Positions 52,167 to 61,906 are shown, counted from the stretch's first letter. The stretch is 64,000 bases of DNA from an uncultured Chloroflexia bacterium (GCA_963749705.1 CAVVNQ010000002.1:237176-301175); one strand, 5' to 3'. Notes: generated from the sequence alone by a model not told the origin. Translations and numbers: made by a program.

Positions 52167-52767
52167 ATGCCCGGCGGGGCCACGCCGCCCGCCCGGATCG
52201 CCGGGTCGGTGCAATTGGAGGATGGCGCTCGCCTGACGTGGGTCCTCGCCGAGGGCCGGCGCGGCCGACGCTGGCGAGCCACGCTCCTGGCGCCCGACGG
52301 CCGCTTGGCGCGGGCGACCCTGCTTGAGGTGGACCTCGACGGCCGTCCGACGAGGCTCGAGATCGCCGGCCCCGACGGCCTGCTCACCGTTCATCCGGGC
52401 GACGACGGGCGTCGCCTCCACGGCAACGTCGTGCGCCCGACCGGGATCGACCACGTGGACCTGCCGTGGACGATCGATCACGCGCTGCTCGACGGCGGGT
52501 CGCCGGTCACGGTTGCGGTGGCCGTCGCGGCGCTGCGGGACCGGATCGGGGTAGGGGAGGGCCGCGCGATCGAGGTGGTCGAGGTGACACCCGACCTCGC
52601 CGTCCGCCCCGGGACGTGGACCGTCGACCGGCTGGCCGAGCGCCGCTGGCGCGTTCGCCGGCGCGGACGCCGGCGTCGAGCTGACCGTCGAGCTGGACGA
52701 GCTGGGCATCCCCGCAAGCCTCGGTGGGGGAGCCGCGTGGCCGCTGGAGCTCGAGCCGCGGCGATAG
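52167..52767 (+). CDS. Hypothetical protein (beta-rich); probable frameshift near 52660
   Basis: The plausible coding frame turns into Arg-rich noise at about 52660. The alternative frame continues ADAGVELTVELDELGIP...WPLELEPRR* to TAG 52767. Confidence 0.6.
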
Positions 52768-52817
52768 GCACGCTCGTCGCCATGGCGGGCTCCGCCGACC
52801 CGCCGTCGTGGACGGAC

Positions 52818-52867
52818 TGTGGACAACCGACCATCCCGGTCCCGCGATCGGCCCAAGTCGTGGATAA
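52818..52867. promoter_or_regulatory. Two DnaA-box-like 9-mers (TGTGGACAA; CGTGGATAA)
   Basis: The reverse complements TTGTCCACA (52818-52826) and TTATCCACG (52859-52867) are in the same orientation, 41 bp apart. Confidence 0.6.
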
Positions 52868-52872
52868 GCCCG

Positions 52873-52901
52873 TTGTGCGGGCCCCGGGGCTCCCGTAATA
52901 T
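52873..52901 (+). promoter_or_regulatory. Sigma70 promoter TTGTGC-N17-TAATAT
   Basis: Near-consensus hexamers with a 17-bp spacer. The predicted +1 (about 52908-52909) coincides with the start of a long hairpin. Confidence 0.7.
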
Positions 52902-52908
52902 TCGGTTT

Positions 52909-52994
52909 GCCCGAAGGGGCCAGAAGGAACGGCGACGGAGCCGCAGGTGCTTGCATCAGCGGAGACCGGGCCGGGCCGGAGGGTTCCTTCGGGC
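52909..52994 (+). ncRNA. Candidate ~86-nt rod-shaped small RNA (6S-like architecture, family unassigned)
   Basis: 13-bp closing stem (52909-21/52982-94, two G-U pairs), 8x8 internal loop, interrupted upper stems, G(CUUG)C apical loop, and its own promoter. Confidence 0.6.
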
Positions 52995-53038
52995 GTTTCG
53001 TTGCGTCCGGCAACCACGCGCTCGGTATCATCGTCGCG

Positions 53039-54649
53039 ATGGATGGGGACCCGACAGCCGCGACAGATCGCGCCGCGACACATCGCGCCAGGTCCGCGCC
53101 GTCATGGCGTCGCCGCCTGCCCGTCCACCCGTTGCTGTTCGCCGTGTACCCGGTCCTGTTCCTGTACGGGGAGAACCTGGGCGAGGTCGAGCCTGGTGAC
53201 CTGGTCGCGCCCCTCGCCCTGGTCCTGGCCGGGACGATCGCGACCTACCTGATCGCCCGGATCCTGCTTCGCTCCACCGGCCGGGCAGCCCTCGCAACGA
53301 CCCTGCTGGTCGCCGTCCTGTTCGCCCACGGTCGCGTGCTCGCGCTGGTCGCCGGGAGCCCGATCGCCGGCGGGCGGCTGCTGCTGGTGTCGGGCGCCAT
53401 CGTCGTGGTGGGCCTTGCCGCGGTCGTCCTCGTCCGGCGCGATCCCCGCCGGCTCAACAACGCGCTCGACATCGTTGGTGCGGTCCTCGTGGTCGTGTCG
53501 CTCGTCGGCATCGTGAGCTACGAGGTCCCGCGGGCGGTGCGAGGGACCGAGGCGGGGGACGGATCGGACGCGATCTCCTCGAGCGGCACGACCACGCGGG
53601 ACATCTACTACATCGTCGTCGAGGACATGGGCTCACCCAGGACGCTCGAGGAGCACTTCGGGCTGACCGACACGCACGCCTTCGACTGGCTGACCGAGCT
53701 CGGCTTCGAGGTGCCCGCGGACAGCAAGGTGAACTACGGCAAGACCGTCCACATGCTCGCGTCGACGATGAACATGGAGTACCTGGACGGCGTCGCGGCG
53801 GCCGCCGGCACGGACTCCTCCGACTACCATCCGCTGTTCCGGCTGGTCGACGACAACTCCGTGGCCCGGTTCCTCAAGGGCCAGGGCTACCGATACGTCC
53901 ATATCGGCTCCTGGTGGGATCCGACCGAGAAGAGCTCGATCGCCGACGTGAACTACGGGATCTCGGCGCCGTCCGACTTCGCGACGGCGCTGCTGGACAC
54001 GACCATCCTGCCGGCGATCCTGGATCGCCTGCCGCGGATCGGGATCCGCCTGCCGATCGACGTCGAGCTCACCGGCGAGGACGCCCAGTACGAGGGGGCG
54101 CTGGTCGGGTTCCGGAAGCTCCAGGACGTCGCGACGGAGCCTGGCCCGAAGTTCGTGTTCGCGCACATCCTCGTGCCCCACAAGCCGTACGTGTTCACCG
54201 CGGACGGGCGGCGCCTGACGCCCCAGGGGCGAAGCGGGCATACCCGGGCCGAGAGCTTCCTCGGCCAGGCGCTGTACGTCAACAGCCGTCTCGAGGACAT
54301 CTCGCGGACGCTGCTCGCCGGCCCCGAGGCGACGCGGCCGATCATCATCATCCAGACCGACGAGGGGCCCAACCCGACGGGTCTCGATGACGATGCCGCG
54401 AGCTTCACGTGGACCGCCGCGACGCAGCAGGACCTGGAGATCAAGTACCCGATCCTCAACGCGTTCTACCTGCCCGGCCTCGCCGACACCGGCGTGTATC
54501 CGGGGATCACGACCGTCAACACCTTCCGGCTGGTCCTGAGCAAGTACTTCGGCGCCGACCTGCCGCTCCTGCCCGACCGCCTGTTCATCTACCACGACAA
54601 GGCGCACCCCTACGACTTCACGGACATCACGGACCGCCTCAGCCCCTGA
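53039..54649 (+). CDS. Membrane-anchored alkaline-phosphatase-superfamily (sulfatase/LtaS-like, NoeB-like) enzyme
   Basis: About 5 N-terminal TMs; DIYYIVVED, NYGKT (Thr nucleophile position), FAHILVPHKPY, IIIQTDEG, VNTFR. Confidence 0.8.
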   Translation: MDGDPTAATDRAATHRARSAPSWRRRLPVHPLLFAVYPVLFLYGENLGEVEPGDLVAPLALVLAGTIATYLIARILLRSTGRAALATTLLVAVLFAHGRVLALVAGSPIAGGRLLLVSGAIVVVGLAAVVLVRRDPRRLNNALDIVGAVLVVVSLVGIVSYEVPRAVRGTEAGDGSDAISSSGTTTRDIYYIVVEDMGSPRTLEEHFGLTDTHAFDWLTELGFEVPADSKVNYGKTVHMLASTMNMEYLDGVAAAAGTDSSDYHPLFRLVDDNSVARFLKGQGYRYVHIGSWWDPTEKSSIADVNYGISAPSDFATALLDTTILPAILDRLPRIGIRLPIDVELTGEDAQYEGALVGFRKLQDVATEPGPKFVFAHILVPHKPYVFTADGRRLTPQGRSGHTRAESFLGQALYVNSRLEDISRTLLAGPEATRPIIIIQTDEGPNPTGLDDDAASFTWTAATQQDLEIKYPILNAFYLPGLADTGVYPGITTVNTFRLVLSKYFGADLPLLPDRLFIYHDKAHPYDFTDITDRLSP

Positions 54650-54705
54650 GCGACCGGCGACGGCGACGGCCCAGAGCGGCAGCCGGGGCAGGGGAGGGGT
54701 GCAGA

Positions 54706-56119
54706 TCAGCGCGAGGCGCGCCGACGGAGATGGAACAGGACGCGGGTGCTGTCGTCGAGGGGAACCTCGGCCACGGTCTCCCAGGCCGGCGCCATGGCCG
54801 CACGGAACCCCTCGAGCGTGTAGCCGGGGAAGACGTCCTCGCGCGAGGACAGCAGGAACTCGACCATGGGATCGTCCTTGGGTACGAACTCGACGATGGC
54901 CTGGGAGCCGAGCTCGGCGAACCAGTGGCCGATGGCGTCGAGCGGCACGTTGCGCCCGATCGCGAGGTGATGCACGAGTGCGAGCGCGAGGATGACGTCG
55001 GCATTCGCCCGATCCGCGAGCGACTGCCGCTCAACGCCAGCCCAGCCCAGCCCCGGGCTCGGGTTCGCCACGTCGGCGACCAGCGGCAGGATCGACGTCT
55101 GGCCGTCGCGACGGACGGCCCGGTAGTGGAGCTCGGCCGCCCCCGGATCGAGGTCCAGGGCGATCACGTCATAGCCGAGATCGGCGGCGATCCGGCTGAA
55201 CCGGCCGGTGTTCGCACCCAGGTCCCAGGCGCGCGACCCCGCGGCCGCGCCGAGCATCGTCGCGACCACCCGATCCTTGGCCTCGGCCGCCGCCGCTCCA
55301 TAGCTCGTGCGCCCGGCGTAGTCCGCCCACTCGGTCGCACCGGGCTCCCAGTGGAGCTTGCCCACGGCCGAGCGGAGGCTGTCGATGAGCGCCTGGCGTC
55401 GGATGTCGCTCATCCGCGGGGCGGTCCGGGGCCGTTGCACGCCGCCGCCCGGTGCCAGGTCCCGCCGGCGATCGAACCGCCGCTCGGCCCGGGCGTGGAG
55501 GTGGATGTGCGACGCGAGGCCGAACCGGAGCCATGTCCGCCGCGGCAACAGCGTGCTCGTGAGGTCGAGGGGGAGGCCATCGACGTAGTCCCGCAGCAGC
55601 ACGCCGCACCGGACATCGCGGTACGCCATCAGCGCCAGCGGCGCGAGGAAGTGCTGGCAGAACTGGCGGTAGCCGACCCACGGCGCACCCGGCTGCGCCG
55701 TCTCGAACGACAGCGTGTCGATCAGGACCGGACGACCGCTGATGGAACTGGATGTTGTAGGCGCTCGCGTCCTTGAGCGTGAACCCGGCGGCCTGCGCCG
55801 CGCGCTGGATCTCGAGGGTACGCAGGGCCGCGTCCTGGAGCTGCCCGAACGTCCACTCGTACGGATACGAGATGAAGCCCACCGGCTCGGGGGCGATGAC
55901 CGCGTGCGCGGATGGAGGATCGGCCGCGAGGGCCGTGTCGACCGGCTCGAAGGGGATCAGCCAGCCACGATCGACCAGGTGGGACATGAACCCGCTGTGG
56001 ACCAGGGCGTCCCAGTGCTCGGCGTACGACGTGTTGATCTGACGCAGCAGCCGACCGTCGCGCCGGTAGACGAAGCCGCTGGGGTCCCGGTACGAACCTG
56101 GATCGCGGGTGATGCTCAA
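54706..56119 (-). CDS. NoeA-like SAM-dependent methyltransferase with kinase-like N-domain; frameshift near 55740
   Basis: SYRDPSGF, FISYPYEW, LKDASAYNIQF / GRPVLID, YRQFCQHFLAPL, WADY, DLGANTGRFS, LALALVHHLAIGRNVPL, EFVPKDD. Confidence 0.85.
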
Positions 56120-56131
56120 TCCGGCGCCGGG

Positions 56132-56317
56132 TCAGTCAGTGCCCGCGCCACCGTCCGTTCCGGGATCCTCGTCCCGGCCCCGGGATCGAACCACCCGGAT
56201 GGCCCGCGCCAGCTGGGTGCGCAGGATCAGCGGGAGCGCGACGATCGCGGCGATCGCCGCCTGCAGCAGCATGCTGCCGGTGCCCGCGTCGATGTACGCC
56301 AGGAGCGCGTGATGCAT
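56132..56317 (-). CDS. Small single-TM protein of the AYIDxGTGS type (61 aa)
   Basis: SD GGAGG, then MHHALLAYIDAGTGSMLLQAAIAAIVALPLILR...; directly upstream of the NoeA-like gene. Confidence 0.75.
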   Translation of the reverse strand: MHHALLAYIDAGTGSMLLQAAIAAIVALPLILRTQLARAIRVVRSRGRDEDPGTDGGAGTD

Positions 56318-56366
56318 CCGACCCTCCACCCAGGCGCCACGGTGCATTGACCACGCGGACGCCGCG

Positions 56367-56387
56367 CTGATGATAACGCGGCGTCAA
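56367..56387. promoter_or_regulatory. Single CTGATG-N9-CGTCAA palindrome (same motif as upstream of rny)
   Basis: CTGATG ATAACGCGG CGTCAA in the divergent promoter region. Confidence 0.55.
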
Positions 56388-56505
56388 CCCGAACAAACGA
56401 TCGATGTCGAACGGACGGTCAATTCCGCCGGACACCGATGCATGCCCGGGACGACAGCGCGGGCCCGGCGACACCGGGACGCGGCAGCACGGCGGACATG
56501 CGACG

Positions 56506-58590
56506 ATGCGCGTCGTGACACCGATCACGTCCGCCGAGCGCCGGGTCAGCTGGCTGGCTGCGATGGCTGCCGTCGCCCTGATCGAGGTCGTGCTGATCGC
56601 GACGCCGGCCTCGTACCCGTCCTACGACGAGGCCAAGTACATCGGGATCGGGTACTCGTTCCTGGCCGGCCTGGGCCCCCGGACGGCGTTCGGCGAGACG
56701 TTCGTCCCACACTCGCCGCTGTGGTCGGCGATCGTCGACGCGCCATCGGCCTGGTTCGGCGTCGATGCCCTCTCCTGGGGCCACCTGCTCAACGCCATCG
56801 CGGTCGGCGGGCTCCTGCTCCTGGTCGCCTGGTTCGGGTGGCGGATCCGGCCCGTGGTCGGCGCCGCGGCGGCCGCCGCGTACGCGGGCTTCCCATACCT
56901 GTACGAGCTTGCCCGAACGTCCCGGCTTGATGTCCCTGCAGCCGCGCTGTGCCTCACCTACGTCGTCGTGGGCCTGATGGCGCTCCGACGCCGCTCGTTC
57001 CGATGGGGCCTCGCGGCCGGGCTCGTGTTCGGCATCGCGTTCCTGGTCAAGGAGATCGCGCTCCCGTTTGCACCCGTGCCATTCCTGGTGGCCTTCGCGA
57101 ACGGCGTTCCATGGCGAGCCCTGGTTCGGGTGCTCGCCGGTGTGGTCCTCACGGCTGCGGTGTCCACGAGCTGGTGGTTCATCGAGTATGCCGACATCAC
57201 CGGCAGCGTCTACCGGCTGGGCACGCCGGCCTGGACGCTGATCCCGCTCGTGATCGTGGGGGCGATCGTCGTCACCGGCGGTCTGTGGGCCTCCCGCGGC
57301 ACGACGGCAAGCGCAGGTGCGACCGAGGCGGAGACGGTCGCGGGCGGGGGCATTGCGCGCCTCGACCCGGCGCGTCGCTCCATCAGCTGGCTGTTCGCGG
57401 CGGCCTGGTTTGCGCTGCTGACCGCCTTCTTCCAGGTCCAGGGCACGCTCCAGGGAGCGGGCCTGTTCCAGCTGAGCCAGTACAAGGTATACGCGGCGTT
57501 GTGGCTGCCGACGTGGCCGATCCGGATCGTCGCGGCCGCGGCCGTGGTCGGAGCGTTGCTCGCCGTCATCCAGCTCGTCCGCTCGCCGAGGGGCCGCCTG
57601 CGCGACGGCCTCGACCTCCTGGGCATGAGCCTCCTGTGCACGCTCCCGCTCATCCTGCTCGTGTTCGCGGTCGGGGAGCCGCCGCGCAACTACCTCGCGC
57701 AGCTCGGGTTGTTCATCGCCTTTTCCGCCACCGGCTGGATCGGCCTGGTGGAGTGGGGGATCGTTCGCCTGCGCACGCTCGCGCGGGCGTCCCATGGCAC
57801 GGCCCGGACCGACGCCCCGATCGATCGCCGGATCGTGGGCGCCGGGCTCGCGGCGGTGCTGGCGGCCGCCACCGTCGGCCTGGGCAGCCACGCGATCGCC
57901 CACGGGACGTCATCGAGCGGGATGGCCCGCGAGGCCGCGGTGGACTCCGTCGCGGCGTGGGTCGAGGCGAACGTCCCGTCGGGTACCGCGATCGGCTTCG
58001 GCTCGTTCCTCGGCTACGAGATGGCCCTGCCGCTGCGAGGCGAATGGCCGCTGCGGCACCTCGTGCAGGTGGTCACGGTCGGCGACGCGCAGGCGACCTA
58101 CGGGCTTCGCAGCTACGGAAGCCCGCGCTCCGACGACTGGCTGGCGATCGACGGCGTCGAGCGCCGGTCCTACCAGTACTCCACCTTCCGGGCTGCCGCG
58201 TTCGCGAATGCCGTGCGGGCGGGCGGCCTCGGGTACTTCGTCTACGCAACGGGCACCACGACCAGCGTGCCGTCGCTGCTCGGCGCGTTGACGCCCGATC
58301 ACGGGTTCACGCTGGCCAAGGACTGGACCTTCCCGGTCACCACATCGGCCGGCAGTGACGCCACGGTCGACGTCGCGATCTACCGCGTCGACCTGGCGAA
58401 CGTCGACTTCTCGGACAGCCCGATCTTCATCACCGCGTCCGCGCTCGAGCGCCTGACGAACCTGTTCGCGAGCGCGGGCGCCGCGGGTCGTTCAGCGGCG
58501 GCCAACCTGGCGGCCCGGGTCATGGTCAGCCCGCCGGATCCGTCGGGGCCTGCGCTGCTCGCCCGGCTTCGGGCCGTTTCCAGGCCCTGA
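56506..58590 (+). CDS. GT-C fold membrane glycosyltransferase (ArnT/PMT_2, GT39/83-like)
   Basis: SYDEAKY acidic loop after TM1, HSPL, SRLDVP, FLVKE, many TMs and a C-terminal extracellular domain. Confidence 0.82.
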   Translation: MRVVTPITSAERRVSWLAAMAAVALIEVVLIATPASYPSYDEAKYIGIGYSFLAGLGPRTAFGETFVPHSPLWSAIVDAPSAWFGVDALSWGHLLNAIAVGGLLLLVAWFGWRIRPVVGAAAAAAYAGFPYLYELARTSRLDVPAAALCLTYVVVGLMALRRRSFRWGLAAGLVFGIAFLVKEIALPFAPVPFLVAFANGVPWRALVRVLAGVVLTAAVSTSWWFIEYADITGSVYRLGTPAWTLIPLVIVGAIVVTGGLWASRGTTASAGATEAETVAGGGIARLDPARRSISWLFAAAWFALLTAFFQVQGTLQGAGLFQLSQYKVYAALWLPTWPIRIVAAAAVVGALLAVIQLVRSPRGRLRDGLDLLGMSLLCTLPLILLVFAVGEPPRNYLAQLGLFIAFSATGWIGLVEWGIVRLRTLARASHGTARTDAPIDRRIVGAGLAAVLAAATVGLGSHAIAHGTSSSGMAREAAVDSVAAWVEANVPSGTAIGFGSFLGYEMALPLRGEWPLRHLVQVVTVGDAQATYGLRSYGSPRSDDWLAIDGVERRSYQYSTFRAAAFANAVRAGGLGYFVYATGTTTSVPSLLGALTPDHGFTLAKDWTFPVTTSAGSDATVDVAIYRVDLANVDFSDSPIFITASALERLTNLFASAGAAGRSAAANLAARVMVSPPDPSGPALLARLRAVSRP

Positions 58591-58629
58591 TCCGCAGCGT
58601 TCGCGCGAGGGGCTCCGTGCGCTGATGGC

Positions 58630-58657
58630 ACTTCCGATAAGGTGAGTTATGTCTGTC
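58630..58657 (+). other. dif-like XerC/XerD recombination site
   Basis: ACTTCCGATAA-GGTGAG-TTATGTCTGTC has the 11-6-11 layout with the inner ATAA-N6-TTATGT hallmark. It lies in an intergenic gap at the GC-content break. Confidence 0.75.
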
Positions 58658-58760
58658 TACCCACGCAACGCAGAAGGCACGTACGTCGTCGGGGGCCGGG
58701 TAGCATCTTTGGTGCCGCCGTGCCATTGAACTTGGCACAGGTGCCACTAGACTGACCCAG

Positions 58761-59892
58761 ATGGCAAACCGATTTCAACGCGTGCGTGGCAACTCTGCGA
58801 TCGATCTATTTGCGGGCGCTGGTGGGGCAACCCAAGGCCTACGTCAAGCCGGCATCGACGTGCTCGCCGCCATCGAAATGGACGACGACGCAGCGGATAC
58901 GTATGCAGCTAATCACCCTCGGGTCACCCTTAGGCGCTCTAGCATCCGGGACGTCCCTGCCGAGCGTCTCCGGCGGGGTCTGCGTCTCCGTCGTGGGGAC
59001 CTCACGCTTCTCCAAGCGTGCCCGCCGTGTCCCAGTTGGTCATCCCTTGGCGCCAGCTCGATGAAGATGATCGAAAGGATCTAGTTGATGAGGTCTGGCG
59101 CTTCATCCGCGCCTTTCGTCCAAAGTCATTCGTGCTTGAGAACGTACCCGGTTTGACGAACGACAACCGCTTCCAGTCATTGCTCGCGAGTGCCCGGTCG
59201 TCTGGGTATGGCGTGAGTACGTACCGGGTGGACGCGGCCGATTTCGGTGTGCCCCAAAGACGAGTCCGGTTGATCGCGATTGGCGCCTTCGGCATCTCTG
59301 CAGATCAATTCCCTCAGGATCTGCCGTCCGCGCTGCCCGATGGCTTTGACCGATCACCACGCGTGGTTGGCCCAGTCTTTGAGGCGACCGCCAAGCTTGT
59401 CGACGATCCCTTGCACGTCGGTAGAAGCCACTCGGAGGTTGTAGTCGAACGGATTCGCGCAATTCCCGAGGCCGGCAATCGCTTCGATCTACCAAAGGAC
59501 CTGGAGCTACCTTGTCATCAACAGCTCGGCAGCCGGAACGCGACAGCGGCATACGGGCGCATGAAGGCTGGCCAGCTTGCCCCGACCTTGACGACGCGTT
59601 GCCCACACCCTCGTGTGGATCGTTTGTTCATCCAACGGAACACCGTGGGATCACACTCAGAGAGGCCGCCCTCCTCCAGACATTTCCAGGTGAGTACGAC
59701 TTCAAAGGCACCTACGGCGCGAAAGAACGACAGATTGGAAACGCAATTCCGGTCAGGATGGCGGAAGGGGTTGCTCTAATCGTGCTGAGCTTGCTTCGGC
59801 GGCGCGATCTTGCGGTGCATGCGAGAACAGGTCACGAGGCGGTGGGTTCGGTCGTCGGAAGTCCTCTCGTCGGAGCCGCCAAGAGCGCCTGA
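58761..59892 (+). CDS. DNA (cytosine-5)-methyltransferase; two frameshifts (about 59050 and 59620)
   Basis: Motif I DLFAGAGG, IV CPPC, VI ENVPG, VIII QRRVR, IX ITLREAALLQTFP and X QIGNAIP are spread over three frames. Confidence 0.9.
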
Positions 59893-61906
59893 TCTGGGAT
59901 GCGATCCAGGAAGTCCTGGTGCGATCGCCTCGTGGAGACGAGGAGTTCCTCCCACGTCCTGATCGTAACGTGTTCGTCCTGCAAGGGGGCCTTGGCCAAG
60001 GGGCTCCGGAGCGAGAGGCGATCACAGACGATCGTCAGTCGCGGTTCCTTGAATTCTGACGCGATTTCCCGGTTTTCAAGCAGGAATGCTCGCAGTGCCT
60101 CGAGGTATCGATAGGCGCGTTCCATTTCCTCGTCGGTGAGGCCGTGGTCCGGGCGCTTGATTTCGACCACTTCTAAGATGCCCTGATCACTGATCAACAC
60201 AAAGTCGGGCTCACGACTCGGGTCGTTGATGGCAGAGGTGACGATCGGGACGCCATTACGTTTCTCGTACCAGGACTGAAACGCTATTCGAGATCGCTCC
60301 AGACGCTCATTCTTCGAAAGGGGCGTCCAGTCGGGGTGCAGATCCACGGCGCTTGCTCGATGAGCAGTTGTAGCTGATTCTCCAAGGTCTCGCCCGTCCG
60401 GATCAACACTCCCAAGCGCACGAGCGTTTCGACGCGTTCACGAGCAACCTGACCGAGCGAGTAGATCTCAGCAACGCTTGCCCGCCTGAAGAGATCAACC
60501 ACCATCGCCAGCGTGTTTGTCGTGGTTTGCGCCGCTTCGTTGAGTGCGTCCACGAGCGTGCGATGCGGGCCAACAGCAAACGCGAGCTCGAGGAGACGTT
60601 GACGATACTCCGGATCGCGAATGGACTCCTTGTCGGCACGACCGACGAACAGACGTGCCACAAGGCGAATTGATGACCGCATCTCTCGGTCTGTCGGTAC
60701 GCGGGCTTCGAGAAGTTCGTCGAGCCTGGTTTCGTTTGCGAAGTCCTCCCATGTTTGGGCGCGCAATGAGGTTTCCGCCTTGCCGGCAATTTCGCGGATG
60801 ATCCCCCGCCCCCAAGTCCTCAGGGCCTCACCCTTCTCTGAGTTCCAGATGATGTCCTGGCGGTCCGATCGCACGAGGTCTTCGTCTTCGTCGATCCAGT
60901 CCGCGTGCACTTCGCCGACAATGTAACTACGGAGCTTGAACTCTCCGGTGAAACCAGCCGGAATGTCAAAGTCTCGCGTTTGAGCGACGAGCTTTCCTCT
61001 GGCGAAGATCCGTACCCCCGCCATAGCCTCGTCCTTGTAGGGATCCGCGGCGTATGCAACCCAACCCTCGACCGGAAGAGAGTCCCCATTGAACGGAACC
61101 GGACGATCCGACAAGTCCTGTCGAGTGTCGGCAAGTTCGGCGATTGCTAGTTGGCCGACAGTGATAGTGGGATTGCTTTCGCGGCTGTCGCTGATCTCAA
61201 CTCGCCAATCGACTTGTTCCAGCCCGAACCGCGCAGCAAGTTGTCGGTGAAGCGACTCAGCGTCGGGCACCCTCTTCCGCCCGAATTCGCGGAGGGAGAT
61301 GGTCGTTCCGGTCGAGTTGGCTCGGGTTCCGTCTCGGGAGCCGACGATCGGGTGGTAGTCGAAGTCGGAGGGGCTTACGATGTCGTCGTAGCGCAGCAGA
61401 AGGTGGGATACCGGAAACGTCCCGTCATCGCCAGGCACCCCGCCTGCTGTCACTACCTCGATCTCGCGGCAGACGCCAAAGGGCGCGAGCTTGCCAATCC
61501 CCTTCCGGCCCATGACAAGCCGGCGCTTGACAGCCGTTCGTTCGCCGCGCGTCGCTCGCCGGTTCGCCCCTACTTCGAGGTAGTGGGCGTTGACTTCCTC
61601 AGCAGTCATTCCCTGGCCGTCGTCACTAATAGTGATGACGTGCCCGTGATCGATGGCGGTCCCGCCTTGCACGGAGGCGAGCAAGGTATCAAAGGGAAGT
61701 GTGATGCGAACGGTCTCGGCGTCTGCGTCATAGGCGTTCGCGATCAGTTCCGCCAACACTGCTGCGACGCGATCATACATACGGATGCCGAGCTGATCGA
61801 TGGTCAATCGAGAAATGCGCATTCGGTACTTGGGCTCGGTCAGACTCAGGTCCTGCGCTGGCGGCAAGATCGTCGATCCATCTCGATCTGTGCGGTCGCT
61901 GGTCAT
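59832..61906 (-). CDS. GHKL (MORC/HATPase_c_3) ATPase fused to C-terminal PD-(D/E)XK nuclease; frameshift near 60345
   Basis: ELIANAYDA, DDGQGM, GRKGIGKLA, GTTI and an S5-like region, then ENQLQLLIEQAPWI/LHPDW...EPDFV...VVEIKRP. Confidence 0.85.

Noticed and set aside
52800-52910. Replication origin (oriC)
   Set aside because: There are only two DnaA-like boxes, no AT-rich unwinding element and no dnaA/dnaN, and a dif-like site lies nearby.
52909-52994. SRP RNA (ffs) or a simple intrinsic terminator
   Set aside because: It lacks the SRP helix-8 CAGG/GNRA/AGCA motif. It is also too long and bulged for a terminator, and it has its own promoter.
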